Shown here: one piece after another, positions 27,902 through 38,181 of the stretch
How positions within the stretch are numbered: the first letter of the stretch is position 1
Layout of the letters: each line of letters starts with the position of its first letter
NCBI GenBank assembly: GCA_965206645.1
Contig: CBDBKE010000002.1
Coordinates: forward strand, 352,001 to 416,000
Direction: 5' to 3'
DNA: 64,000 nucleotides
Source of the DNA: Terriglobia bacterium
GTDB lineage: Bacteria; Acidobacteriota; Terriglobia; JAJPHL01; JAPKYU01
Notes under the pieces: model-generated
Database searches by the model: none
Told to the model about the DNA's origin: nothing
The model's input: the letters and a program-made list of their open reading frames with translations, nothing else
Made by a program: the position numbers and the translations under genes

Positions 27902-29549
27902 CCGGAATTTCCTTTTTGGCCTTCCGGCGATTAAAAATATACACGCATCTGCGTCCCAGCGAGTACAATGTTTTCTCCGAGAGGACCATCAGCTCCGAGC
28001 GTCCCTTTCGGGGTCCCCTAAAACCGTCCAATCAGCATCCAAACCCAGCTTTTTCAGACAACTCTCCATACCTGGGGGATAGCGGCATCGTTTTCTTGTG
28101 TGCCGTAGCCCAGGCTATCCCGACGGGAGTGCCAATCCATCGATCCGCCCCAGCATGCTGGCAAACAGCCGTCGGGTCAAATGGCCCTCGGCCAGCAGGA
28201 GCCAGTAGTACCGTGAGTGTTTTAGGAGCCGTCCTCCGGTTTTCACCAGCCGCTGCTGGAGGCTCGTCAAGGACCACTTCTCGATTCTCTGTGGCAGCAC
28301 TAGCCGTCGCCATAGGTTGCCCAGGTTGTAGGCGATGATCGTCAGCCAAAGCCGTACCTCGTTAGATCGGAACTTGTGGCAACTGAGCCGCGTCATCTTC
28401 ACCGCCTGCTTGCCTTCCTTGATCCACTGTTCTGCGGTGCCGCGCTTGTTATAGAATCGCACCACCGCCCGATTCGGCAGCGTCAGATTCGTTACAATGA
28501 ACCCCACTCGCGGGAACAACTCCCCGGAATGATGCTCTACTTTCGCCACCACCCTTCGAGCCGTCTTCCAACCGGCTGCCTGGTACAAGAACCCCTTGTA
28601 CTCGACCAGCGGTTTCTTGGTGGGCCTTCCCACGGGGCGTTTCAGTAGCTCTTCGATGTCTCGCTGCAGAATATCGTTGGCCGGGATGCGAATTGCGTAC
28701 TTCACACCCCGTTCCTCCAATGCCTCGTACACCTCCGGCTTGGCAAAGGCCGCGTCCGCCCGAAACGCAATCTCTTTTCCCATTCTTTGCTGGCGCTCAA
28801 TCTCGGGCAACAGGAGTTTCTCCCAACCCTCGGCACTGTGCACGTTGCCCGGACGGAGCTGGGCCGCCAGACAATCCCCCTCGCGGTTGAACAGCAACAG
28901 CGGGTGAAAGCAAGTTGACTCGAAGTGCCCGTTGTAGGCGCTCTGCTCCTGTTCGCCGTAGACAGGGATCTCAGTCGAGTCCATGTCCAGCACTGTTCGG
29001 TACGGCGAATTCAACGCTTCTGCTTTGCCAATCAGTTCCCGGTTCACCCGTGCCAGCCCTGGGAAGTTCCCATCCTCGGCCAGCAGGTCCGTCTCGAAGG
29101 TTTGCAACCGGGATGGCAGTGCTGCCCCTCGATCCCAGATCTTCTCGGAGCCGATCAGCCGGAAGGTCGGATCTCGTGAGAGCTGCTTGGCATCATTCAC
29201 ATCCTCGTACCCAGCCAGGCGGCTGTACACCGACTGCCGCAGCAGGTCCGCGAAAGACAACCGCGCATTGTTTGCCCGCGAATCGGTCAGGTGCTCGTCA
29301 ATGAGTTCGCTGAATCCCAGACGCTCATCCAACTCCCGGACCAGAATCAGTCCACCATTGGAAGTCACTCGTGATCCCTGGAACCCGACTCGCAGAAATC
29401 GGTTGAACGACAGCTGAAATCCCTGTTTTCCGCTCTCACCCATTGGGTGTACACCTCCGGAAGGCAATGTTGATGCTCGAACCCGCATGAATATTGACGT
29501 TGGAGGTTAGCAGAACGTTGCCGCTGCGTTTTCAAAAAGGAAATCCGGG
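27902..29549 (-). mobile_element. IS1380-family element (copy C)
   Basis: Ends CCGGAATTTCCTTTTTG / TCAAAAAGGAAATCCGGG. Confidence 0.92.
28115..29488 (-). CDS. IS1380-family transposase
   Basis: LDMDST, RADAAF, YNKRGTAEQWIKEGK. Confidence 0.93.
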   Translation of the reverse strand: MRVRASTLPSGGVHPMGESGKQGFQLSFNRFLRVGFQGSRVTSNGGLILVRELDERLGFSELIDEHLTDSRANNARLSFADLLRQSVYSRLAGYEDVNDAKQLSRDPTFRLIGSEKIWDRGAALPSRLQTFETDLLAEDGNFPGLARVNRELIGKAEALNSPYRTVLDMDSTEIPVYGEQEQSAYNGHFESTCFHPLLLFNREGDCLAAQLRPGNVHSAEGWEKLLLPEIERQQRMGKEIAFRADAAFAKPEVYEALEERGVKYAIRIPANDILQRDIEELLKRPVGRPTKKPLVEYKGFLYQAAGWKTARRVVAKVEHHSGELFPRVGFIVTNLTLPNRAVVRFYNKRGTAEQWIKEGKQAVKMTRLSCHKFRSNEVRLWLTIIAYNLGNLWRRLVLPQRIEKWSLTSLQQRLVKTGGRLLKHSRYYWLLLAEGHLTRRLFASMLGRIDGLALPSG

Positions 29550-30038
29550 CTTATAGTAGTTTCCCCCCAGATTCAGGCGGCTGTGAAAAGCCGAGTGAAA
29601 GTAAAACATGGCGCCCGGTTTGGACATATTGAGCCGTGGAATGGCCTGACCGTGAAAAAGGAGCTTTTTCTGCTCTTCCGCCGGCCGGCGGGCATCCCAG
29701 ACGACCACATCGTTCTCCCGGGACCAGGTCTCGCCGTTGTCCGTCGATCGCTGGAGAAGCACAACCGAGTTGGCATGAATCCTAAAATGGTCCACATCTT
29801 CGCGGGTCTGGTACTTGGAGGGCGCATGGTAGTGGAGGACCACAATCTCTCCGTTGCCAAAATTGGCGATGCCGCACTGACGCGGCCAGCCACAATAAGT
29901 GTTTCTGCTCTCGCACACCTTGATATGACGCACATCGGTGATGTGGATTTTCGAGGAGAAGCTCCTTTCGGCGCCCGCAAGGAAAACCAAGTTGAGCAAA
30001 GTCAGAACTACTAAAAAACCGCCAAGCCTTCTCGTCAT
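29550..30038 (-). pseudogene. 5' part of a secreted BNR/sialidase-like protein truncated by IS1380
   Basis: Signal peptide, YCGWP, RSTDNGETW; the ORF tail PGFPF comes from the IS end. Confidence 0.7.
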
Positions 30039-30199
30039 TGCAAATCTCCTTTCCAAAGCGGAAAGATCAGTTGACCGTGCGTTCCTGGTTATAATGAAAC
30101 CCGACTGTCCCTGCAACTACACATGTCAAAGCAAGACCCTGGACAGCTTGTGCTGGGGATGGCCGGGACTGAAACCGTGAGACCCCAACCGGTGGTCGA

Positions 30200-31429
30200 T
30201 CAAAGCTTCCCGATCTGCTCGACCGCAGGCCATAAATCCAACTGCTCGACCGCGTGGCTACGGTAGATTCCAACTTCATCGGCTCCGTTGGCTCTCGCGC
30301 GGCGAGCGGCTTCGACCAGCAACTTTGGATCCTGGATACTCCCTGGGTGATAACAGGAAATCTCGGCAACCAGGGGGCAACGACCATCTATAATTCTCGC
30401 CGCCTGCTTGACGTGGCGCTCCACGATTCGTAAATCCGAGGTTGTGCGAAACCAGACGTGGAACTCATCAATCAAGCCGTCCTCCACCCAACGAGGCCAG
30501 TCCTGACCTGCTTTGATGTAATCCTCCTGGTCGCGATTCATGGCCGTTACGGTTAAGAGCGGACGTGGAGCCTTTTCCATCAGCCTGTGCCGCAATTCTC
30601 TCAGGCACGTCGTGACCTGGTCCGCTCGGAACTGCACCCACGCAGGATCATCGTTGGCCAAGTCGAACGGACTCTTCGCAAATTTCTCACCATAGGCAGC
30701 CACAGTGGGCTGCTCGTAGCCGTAGATGGTCACGTCGCGCTCATCTTCGTCGCCTGAAACGAACTATACTTGAACACCGTCACCGCCGTTGTCGTCGAGC
30801 AGCGACAAGTAGCTGTGGGCTTCAAAAGCGCGCACTTCCGGTACGGCCAGGCTCATGACGCGCCTTCGGCCCACGTGCAACTCCTTGGTTTGCTGCCGAT
30901 CCAGGGCCCACCATTCGGGATGCCGCTTGGCGAATTCGCTCACCTTCACCGAATACCGCGGATGGGACCAGATGGGGCGATGGCGATTCAGGATGTTCTT
31001 GGCTTCCGGCGTCCCCAGCGGCGGCCCCACATAGTGAACGGACCACGCGTACGCTGTTGTCTTTCGACCGTGAGAGTTGAAAGCCAGGTAAGGGTGGACT
31101 TCAATGTCCTTTTCGTGAGCAGCTTCCAGGAGCACTCGCGACCCAACCCAGGGGAAGAGCCTCGTCACTCCGTGATTGGCGCACTTTCGAACGAAGTCCC
31201 TGACCTTCTTTTCGTCCGAGGCTTCAGTGGGATCAATCAGCCCCCCCTTATGACACCATAAGGGGGACCCGATCCTGTTACGCGCTGCGCTCGGTACCGC
31301 TCGCCGCCCGGCGGGAGCCGAAGCGGCGTTCGCGCCCGCCGCCGCGGCGGTCAAAGAAAGTGTGCCGCCCAAAAACGTCCTGCGGCTGACCTTTGCAGAC
31401 CGCTGGTTGCCTTGCACAGAATTTTCCAT
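30200..31429 (-). pseudogene. Tat-exported glycoside hydrolase-like (GHL10-like) protein with in-frame TAG at 30764-30766
   Basis: SRRTFL; HPEW, SLA.PEVR, DGVQV*F, QDW..WV..GLID; the two track ORFs share a frame. Confidence 0.7.
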
Positions 31430-31741
31430 TTCTTCTCACCCTCGAGGAGATGCGGGCCGGAATCTCCGGTCTTTGGCCATTCGGCTCGCTGATAGTACTC
31501 CCGTCGCGATTGGGCGCCCAAGCAACTTTGGCCTCGAAAGGCCAGCATTAACGGGATCGGAGTGTCCCGATGGCCTTTTGCCGCCCGACCAGGTTTTCTG
31601 GATCGTTTGTAGCCGATTTCTCAGACACTGCTCCGGCTTTCCTGCTTCCGTACCCAGATTTTCTTAAGATATAAACTTAGCGGCATCAAGACCCCGCACC
31701 ATTCAGCCTTCACCGGCATTGCTCCGCTCTCGCGGGTGGCG

Positions 31742-32440
31742 TCAGGCTAGGTCGAACAACAGAATTTCGGAGCGATCAGTGGCCTTGATTTCCAAGACGA
31801 GCTCTTCGCTCACCGCCGCGCCGTCGCCGGCGTCGAGCCGTGAACCGTTAAGCGTGACCGCGCCCCCCGCCACCTGCAGCCACGCGTGACGGCCCGGCTT
31901 CAGCGGATGCGTCGCCTGCTTCTCCGGTTCCATTTGCGCAATGTACAGCTCAACATCCTGATGTATCCGCACTGCACCTTCCAAGGGATCAACTGCGGCC
32001 ACCAGGCGAAGTTGGTTGCGCTTCTTTTCGGCAAGCGTGGCTCGCTGCTCGTAGCTGGGGGTGAGGCCGCGCTCGCGTGGCAGGATCCAGATTTGCAGCA
32101 GGTGGACCGGCTCGCGTTCTGAGTGGTTGAACTCGCTGTGGGTAACGCCGGTGCCGGCACTCATGCGTTGCAGCTCGCCCGGACGAATCGCCGAGCCGTT
32201 CCCCATGCTGTCGCGGTGCTCCAGCACGCCTGCCAGCACGTAGGTCAGGATTTCCATATCGCGATGTGGGTGAGTGGGAAAACCTTGGCCGGGGGCGACC
32301 CAGTCTTCGTTGAGTACGCGCAGGTGCCGAAACCCCATGTAGCTGGGGTTGTAATATTGGTCAAAGGAAAAGGTGTGGCGACTGTCGAGCCAGCTCAGCT
32401 TCGTGTGGCCGCGCTCATTCGCCGGTCGCAGGCGGATCAT
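31742..32440 (-). CDS. Pirin-family protein
   Basis: WLDSRHTFSF, GFPTHPHRDMEI, MSAGTGVTHSE. Confidence 0.93.
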   Translation of the reverse strand: MIRLRPANERGHTKLSWLDSRHTFSFDQYYNPSYMGFRHLRVLNEDWVAPGQGFPTHPHRDMEILTYVLAGVLEHRDSMGNGSAIRPGELQRMSAGTGVTHSEFNHSEREPVHLLQIWILPRERGLTPSYEQRATLAEKKRNQLRLVAAVDPLEGAVRIHQDVELYIAQMEPEKQATHPLKPGRHAWLQVAGGAVTLNGSRLDAGDGAAVSEELVLEIKATDRSEILLFDLA

Positions 32441-32602
32441 GCCGCACTCCTTTCGACTGCCCTAAGCATAAGGGGGACGTGCGGGTTTTGAGCAGTCGTT
32501 TCTCTCGAAACAACGCAAGACCACCTCTAGCCCGGCTAATTGAGATTTCGGGGGTGCGCTTGGAAATCGCCCTGGCTTCCGAAAACCTGGTGCGAAAATT
32601 GG

Positions 32603-33025
32603 TTAAGAGGAGCGCGCCGCGCAGCTTAGCTCGCGCCGGATGGCGTCGAGCACGCCGTTGATAAACCCCACCGACTCGTCGGTCGAATAGCGGCGCGCGA
32701 TCTCCAGCGCCTCATTGATGGCGACCGCCGGAGCGACGTCGGAGCGGGTGAGGAATTCGCACACGGCCAGCCGCAAGATATTGCGGTCCACGGCCGACAT
32801 CCGTTCTAAGCGCCAGTGTTCGGCGTGCGCGCCCAGCATGTGATCAATGGCTTCGCGCCGCTCCAGCACCTGGTCGAACAGGCTGTTGGCGATGGCGCGC
32901 ACGGGCGAGTGGGCCCTGGAGCGCTGCCAGTACGATTGCTTGACCCGCTCGGGGGCCTCCTTGCCGAGTTCCCACTGGAACAGCATGCGGAGCACCGCCT
33001 CTCGCGCCTTGCGAGGGATGCTCAT
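32603..33025 (-). CDS. nusB: Transcription antitermination factor NusB
   Basis: W.LERM..VDRNILRLA, INEALEIA, FINGVLD; follows ribH. Confidence 0.95.
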   Translation of the reverse strand: MSIPRKAREAVLRMLFQWELGKEAPERVKQSYWQRSRAHSPVRAIANSLFDQVLERREAIDHMLGAHAEHWRLERMSAVDRNILRLAVCEFLTRSDVAPAVAINEALEIARRYSTDESVGFINGVLDAIRRELSCAARSS

Positions 33026-33507
33026 GGTGTTTGCCGGAGGCGCTTTAGCAGATTGGCTGTCTCGACGGCCGCCAGCCCGACCTCGAACCCTTTGTTGCCG
33101 GACTTGGCGCCAGCGCGGTGAATCGCCTGCTCCAGGGTGTCGCAGGTGAGCACGCCGAAGATGATGGGGATGCCAGTGGTCAACGCGGCTGCCGTGATGC
33201 CGCGGGACACTTCGCTGCTTATGTATTCGAAATGGGGCGTTTCGCCACGGAGGATGCAGCCCAGGCAGATGACTGCGTCGTAGCGGCCGCTGGCCGCCAT
33301 CTGGCGAGCCGTTACCGGGATTTCAAACGAGCCGGGGACGCGGGCTACCTCGATGGCCGCCGGGTCGGCGCCGGTGCGCTCCAGCGCATCCAGGGCACCG
33401 GCCAGCAGCCGATCGCCGATGAAGGCGTTGAAGCGGCTCACCACAACTCCAAACCGAAGGCCGCGCCCGTCCAGTTCGCCAACATAGTTTTTCATGACCT
33501 GGGCCAT
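33022..33507 (-). CDS. ribH: 6,7-dimethyl-8-ribityllumazine synthase
   Basis: VSRFN, VPGSFEIP, RGETPHF, FGVLT, GNKG. Confidence 0.96.
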   Translation of the reverse strand: MAQVMKNYVGELDGRGLRFGVVVSRFNAFIGDRLLAGALDALERTGADPAAIEVARVPGSFEIPVTARQMAASGRYDAVICLGCILRGETPHFEYISSEVSRGITAAALTTGIPIIFGVLTCDTLEQAIHRAGAKSGNKGFEVGLAAVETANLLKRLRQTP

Positions 33508-33522
33508 AGCTTAGCAGTCCTT

Positions 33523-33558
33523 GCTGTCCCGGCAGGCAAGAATACCTGCCGGGACAGC
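33523..33558. repeat. Perfect intergenic hairpin (REP-like)
   Basis: GCTGTCCCGGCAGG-CAAGAATA-CCTGCCGGGACAGC, 14-bp stem, no U-tract. Confidence 0.6.
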
Positions 33559-33572
33559 GGGCCGCACGGGCA

Positions 33573-34355
33573 CTATCGGCCGGTGAAGCGCGGGGCGCGC
33601 TTTTCCAGAAAAGCGCGCGTGCCCTCCTTCATGTCTTCGGTGGCGCAGCAAAGTCCGAACAGTGTGGCCTCCAGGAAGAGTCCCTCGGCCAGGTTCATAC
33701 TCAGGCCGCAGTGGACAGCCTCCATCGCCAGGCGGACGGCCACCGGCCCGTTGGCCAGAATCTGGCTGGCGACGGCTTCGCAGCGCGGCAGCAATTCAGC
33801 CGGTGGCACCACCTCGTTCACCAAGCCGATGCGCAGCGCCTCCCGGGCAGTGATTGGCTCTCCGGTTAACACCAGTTCGAGCGCGCGGCCGGCGCCGATG
33901 AGGCGCGCCAGCCGCTGAGTTCCGCCGTAGCCCGGAATGATCCCCAGCTTCACCTCGGGCTGGCCCAGGCGCGCGGTCTCGGAGGCAATGCGGAGCGTCG
34001 AGGCCATGGCAAGTTCGCAGCCCCCGCCCAGCGCGTGGCCGTTGACGGCGGCGATGACCGGCTTGCCCAGGTGCTCGATGCGGTTCATCACGGCCTGCCC
34101 GGCCACCGCGAACTCCTTGCCTTCGGCTGGGCTTTGGGTGGCCAACTCGTTGATGTCGGCGCCGGCGGCGAACGCCTTCTCGCCGGCTCCGGTCAGAATG
34201 ACCGCGCCGACCTGCTCATCCTGGGCCAGTTGCTCAAAGCACACCCCCAGCTCGCGCAGCGTGGCCCGGTTGAGCGCATTCAGCACGCGGGGCCGGTTGA
34301 GTGTGACGTAGCCGATGCCCTGGCGTGTTTCCACCTGCAGATTCTCGAAAGCCAT
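33573..34355 (-). CDS. crt: Enoyl-CoA hydratase (crotonase)
   Basis: Start MAFENL; AFAAGADI, ALGGGCELA, GQPEVKLGIIPGYGGTQRL. Confidence 0.9.
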   Translation of the reverse strand: MAFENLQVETRQGIGYVTLNRPRVLNALNRATLRELGVCFEQLAQDEQVGAVILTGAGEKAFAAGADINELATQSPAEGKEFAVAGQAVMNRIEHLGKPVIAAVNGHALGGGCELAMASTLRIASETARLGQPEVKLGIIPGYGGTQRLARLIGAGRALELVLTGEPITAREALRIGLVNEVVPPAELLPRCEAVASQILANGPVAVRLAMEAVHCGLSMNLAEGLFLEATLFGLCCATEDMKEGTRAFLEKRAPRFTGR

Positions 34356-34524
34356 GGCTGCTTGCTCCTCCTTGCATATCCTACGCCGGGTTTCCGCTTG
34401 GCAGTGGGGTTGGGAATCAGGGAATGTGAAAACAGCGCTCCCTGGCGGTCTCGGCTCGGCATGATTGGAAGTGCTGAGGCGAAGGCGCCAAGAAGCGGTC
34501 GTACGTCGATTTCTCCGGCGGCGC

Positions 34525-35412
34525 TCAGCGCAGCAAGTCCAGGGGGCGCGGGGCGGCCGGGTCAGAGTAGTCGTAGAAGCCGCGACCCGATTTGCGCCCC
34601 AGCCAGCCGGCCAGCACCATGCGCCGGAGCAAACCGGGGGCGGCAAAGCGCTTTTCGCGGGACTCCTCGTACAAGATCTGCGAGATGTAGTAGGCAGTGT
34701 CGAGGCCGACAAAATCGAGCAGGGTCAGCGGACCCATGGGGTGGCCGCAGCCCAGCTTCATCGCGGTGTCAATGTCGGTGACGGTCGCCAGGCCTTCTTC
34801 GCAGGCGCGGACAGCCTCCATCAGGTACGGGGTCAGCAGCCGGTTGACGATGAAGCCGGCGCGGTCGGGAACTCGCACCACCGTCTTCCCCAGGCGCTCG
34901 GCAAAAGTCACCACTGTTTCCAGCACGGCCGGGTCGGTGGCAATGGTGCGAGCCACTTCCACCGGCTTCATCACTGGAACAGGGTTGAAGAAGTGCAGGC
35001 CAAGGAAGCGCTCGGGCCGTGTGGTGGCCGTCATTAGCTCAGTGATCGAAAGCGAGCTGGTGTTGCTGGCGAAAATGGCCTGGCGCTTCACGATGCTGTC
35101 TAGCTTCCGGAAAGTCTCCAGCTTGGCCTGCAGGTTTTCGGTGACTGCCTCAATGACCAGGTCGCAGTCGGCAAGGGCAGCCAGCTCGGTGGAGCCGTGC
35201 AGCCGGCTGCGGATGGCGTCGCGTTGTTCCGGTGCCAGCGAGCCCTTCTCCACCTGGCGGGCCAGATACTTCTCGATGTTACGCAAACCGCGGGCGCACA
35301 ATTCTTGCAAGGCTTCGACAACGGTGGTGGGAAACCCGGCCGCGGCGCAGACCTGAGCGATGCCTGAGCCCATCAGCCCGCAGCCCACTACACCTACCTT
35401 GTGCACTTCCAT
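34525..35412 (-). CDS. hbd: 3-hydroxybutyryl-CoA dehydrogenase
   Basis: GCGLMGSGIAQ, SNTSS, GLHFFNP, GFIVNRLL, HPMGPL. Confidence 0.92.
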   Translation of the reverse strand: MEVHKVGVVGCGLMGSGIAQVCAAAGFPTTVVEALQELCARGLRNIEKYLARQVEKGSLAPEQRDAIRSRLHGSTELAALADCDLVIEAVTENLQAKLETFRKLDSIVKRQAIFASNTSSLSITELMTATTRPERFLGLHFFNPVPVMKPVEVARTIATDPAVLETVVTFAERLGKTVVRVPDRAGFIVNRLLTPYLMEAVRACEEGLATVTDIDTAMKLGCGHPMGPLTLLDFVGLDTAYYISQILYEESREKRFAAPGLLRRMVLAGWLGRKSGRGFYDYSDPAAPRPLDLLR

Positions 35413-35414
35413 AG

Positions 35415-35460
35415 CTAGGTACTCCTGGGGCCAGATACTCCTGGGACTAGGTACTCCTGG
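35415..35460. repeat. Triplicated RBS-containing unit with 16-bp period
   Basis: TACTCCTGG at 35420, 35436 and 35452 (CCAGGAGTA on the hbd strand). Confidence 0.85.
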
Positions 35461-35476
35461 CGGGAATCACCTGCCG

Positions 35477-38031
35477 TCAGGCGGCGGTGGACGATTCCAG
35501 CGGCGGCTTCAATAATTTAGAGGCGCCACCACCCTCCCCCTGGGCCCCCTCCAGGGCCTGTTCCAGGCGGTTGATCAGTTCAGTGACGCTATCCACTGGG
35601 TCGATGTCGCCTTCCAGGAATGCTTCGGCGATGCCGGCGGTCATTGGCAGGCCGTCTCCGCCGGCCATCTTGACTCCGCCTATCATCTTGCGCATCTTGT
35701 CCACCACGAAGAACGTGTCCTTGCCTTTGGTGTCGGGGAGAACCAGGGCCAGGGTCGTGGTGTCGTAGCGGATGGCGATGGCGTTCTGGCGCAGGTAGCC
35801 CATGATCACCTGCGCTGCCTCCTGCACGTACGGCTGCACGACCGCCTCCTCCAGCTCGCGCGCCGCCTGCGACTCGCGCCCAAACTGTAGCAGCAGAACC
35901 GACAGCGGGGTGCGCTGTTTTTGCGCCCGGCCGCATTCTGAGAGCAGGGCATTCAAGTAGGAGCCGCGGTTGAGCAGCCCAGATCCCTCGTCGGCCACCG
36001 CCAGCGTCTTCATCAAGCTGCGCAATTTGACGTGGGAGATGGCGATCGTAGTCTGGTCCACGAGCGCTTTGAGGACCACGACGTCGTTGGACCGCCAGCG
36101 GCGCATCCGGTCCCATTGCTCGAACACAATAATGCCGATGGGCTGATCGGTCTCCATCATGGGCAGCGCCAGCAGCGACTTGATCTGCAGGGACTGTAGG
36201 ACGGGGGCAAGCTTGGAGAGCTTGGCGGAAGCAGCCGCGTCCTCCACCGACAGCGGGTTCCCGTCCGAGGTGAGCTGCACCAGCGAGGAGACCAGCTTCA
36301 CGATGGAAATCACCTCGGACTGGGGTATGCCCGAGGCACAGTATTCCAGCACTGCCGAAGGGGGCTTGCCGGGCGTGCACAAGCCGGCGACACAACGGCT
36401 GACCCGCCAGGTTTTTCCGATTTCGTTGGCGGCGGTGGACATGACCGCCTTGACGGTGCCTTCCCGGTAGATATTGCGGGTGATTTCGGCGACGCGGGTG
36501 ATGTCGGCCAGCGTTTCTTCGGCCGACGGAGTGGCAGTCGGCTCGCCGCTCGGCGCTGCTGCCGCTGCCGGCGCCGGTTTGGGTGAAAATTGAGCCGACG
36601 CGTACAGGGAACGCAGCTTCTCGTTGCGTTGCTCCTCGCCAGGGAACAGCCGGGCGATCCGCTGCAGGCGCTCGACGGCCCGATGCTTCAGCCCGTACTG
36701 CTGGAAAATCTCGGCTTGCAAGATCAGGTCTTCCAGGACATCGCTTTCCGCTTCACCGTCGGCACTCTGCCCAGCCTCTTGCGACGGTGCTTCGGCAGAA
36801 GCCACTGGAGCTGTAGTGTCGGCAGCCTGCTGGAAGCGGGAGGCAATCGCCTGGTAACGATGCGGGTCCAGCTTCCCGCTCAGCCGCTGCAGGCGCTCGC
36901 TGTTCCGGGCATCGTAGGGGTCCACGTCCACCAGGCGGTCCAAGGCGTTAGCCGCCTTGATGTACTCTTCGGCATCCGTGTGCAGGTCGAAGAGTTGGCC
37001 CTGTGTGGTGCTGAACAGGAGTCGTAGTTCAGCTCGTTGTACAGGTCAGCCAGAAACTCCAACACCTCGACGCCCGCCAGGCCCTTCTGCTGCAATCCCT
37101 CCACGGAGGAGATGAAGTCGCGGTCCTTCTGGGCTGCGAACATGGACTTCTTCAGTTTGCGCAGAAGTTTGGCGGCTTGCTCACTGTTCCGCCGGCGCAG
37201 ATAGCCCTCCGTTACCCGCTGCAGGTTCTGGTAGGCGTCAGGGAACTCAGGAGCGATGCCCCAAAGCAGCTCCTCGGCGCGGGCTAGGTTCCCCGTGGCC
37301 AGGTGCGCCTGGGCCAATAACCGGTTGACTTCCGGGAGGCCTTGAGCCGCCAGCGGTTCCAGCAGTTGGGCGGCGCGTCCGGGGCTGCCGGACTCAAAAA
37401 GCACCGTGGCCAGCGCCGTGGCTACATGCCCGTCACTGGGGGCTAGGGCCTGGGCCCGTTCCAGTAGCGCGAGGGTTTGGTCGTCGCCGTCGGCTTGGCT
37501 GGCGCGGCGTAAATCCGCCGCCCGCGCCAGGGAGCCAGCGGCCAGCTCCTTACTCCCCAAGCTCTCTGCGACCTCGCCCAGCTGCAGGTGCACGTCGGGA
37601 TTCAGGTCGTCCAGTGCCGCCAGACCGCGCAGCGCCTCCAGCGCTTTGCCCTGATCGCCGCGCTCCAAGAAGGTCTGTGCGGCAACCCGGTAGCTCTCTT
37701 GTGCTTCCTCAGGCCTCTGTTTTTCCTGGAACCGGGCGACGGTCAGCATCCGATCCGGATCCTGTTCGCCCAGCTTGCCCATCTTGCGGAACACCAGAAT
37801 GGCCTTGGAGCCATCGTTTCGCTCTGTGTGCTTGTCGAACAGGTACCCGTAACACTCCAGCGCCCGGTTCTTATGATTTTGCCGCACGTAGAGGTCAGCC
37901 ACGATTTCAGCTACCGCGTCGTTGTGGGGATCCTCTTTCCAGGCAGCCAGGTACTGTTCGATAGCCGCGTCGAGCCGGTTCTTTTGGAGGTATTTCTCGG
38001 CTTTTTCCAGGCGCTTGGTGATATCCGGCAT
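35477..38031 (-). CDS. TPR + GAF + degenerate GGDEF-domain protein; frameshift near 37017
   Basis: TPR-like helices; GAF (LLALPM...IGII...RRW); SGLLNR and RYDTTTL in place of RYGGDEF; one added base joins the two track ORFs. Confidence 0.75.
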
Positions 38032-38091
38032 GGGACCCCGCGGCAGTGGCGGGTTGGCTTGCGAAAGTCATTCTAATGAAACTGGACGGAA

Positions 38092-38121
38092 TTGACAACC
38101 GCGCAACCTCTCTGCTAGGTT
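38092..38121 (+). promoter_or_regulatory. sigma70-like promoter upstream of lepA
   Basis: TTGACA-18 bp-TAGGTT with an upstream TG. Confidence 0.4.
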
Positions 38122-38181
38122 CAACTCGGTGCTTGTCTTGACCCACCTGCGAGCTCTTCCTGGGCAAATCGTCTTCCTCGG

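Noticed and set aside
33508-33572. FMN riboswitch upstream of ribH
   Set aside because: The gap is only about 65 bp with a single hairpin and no RFN motifs.
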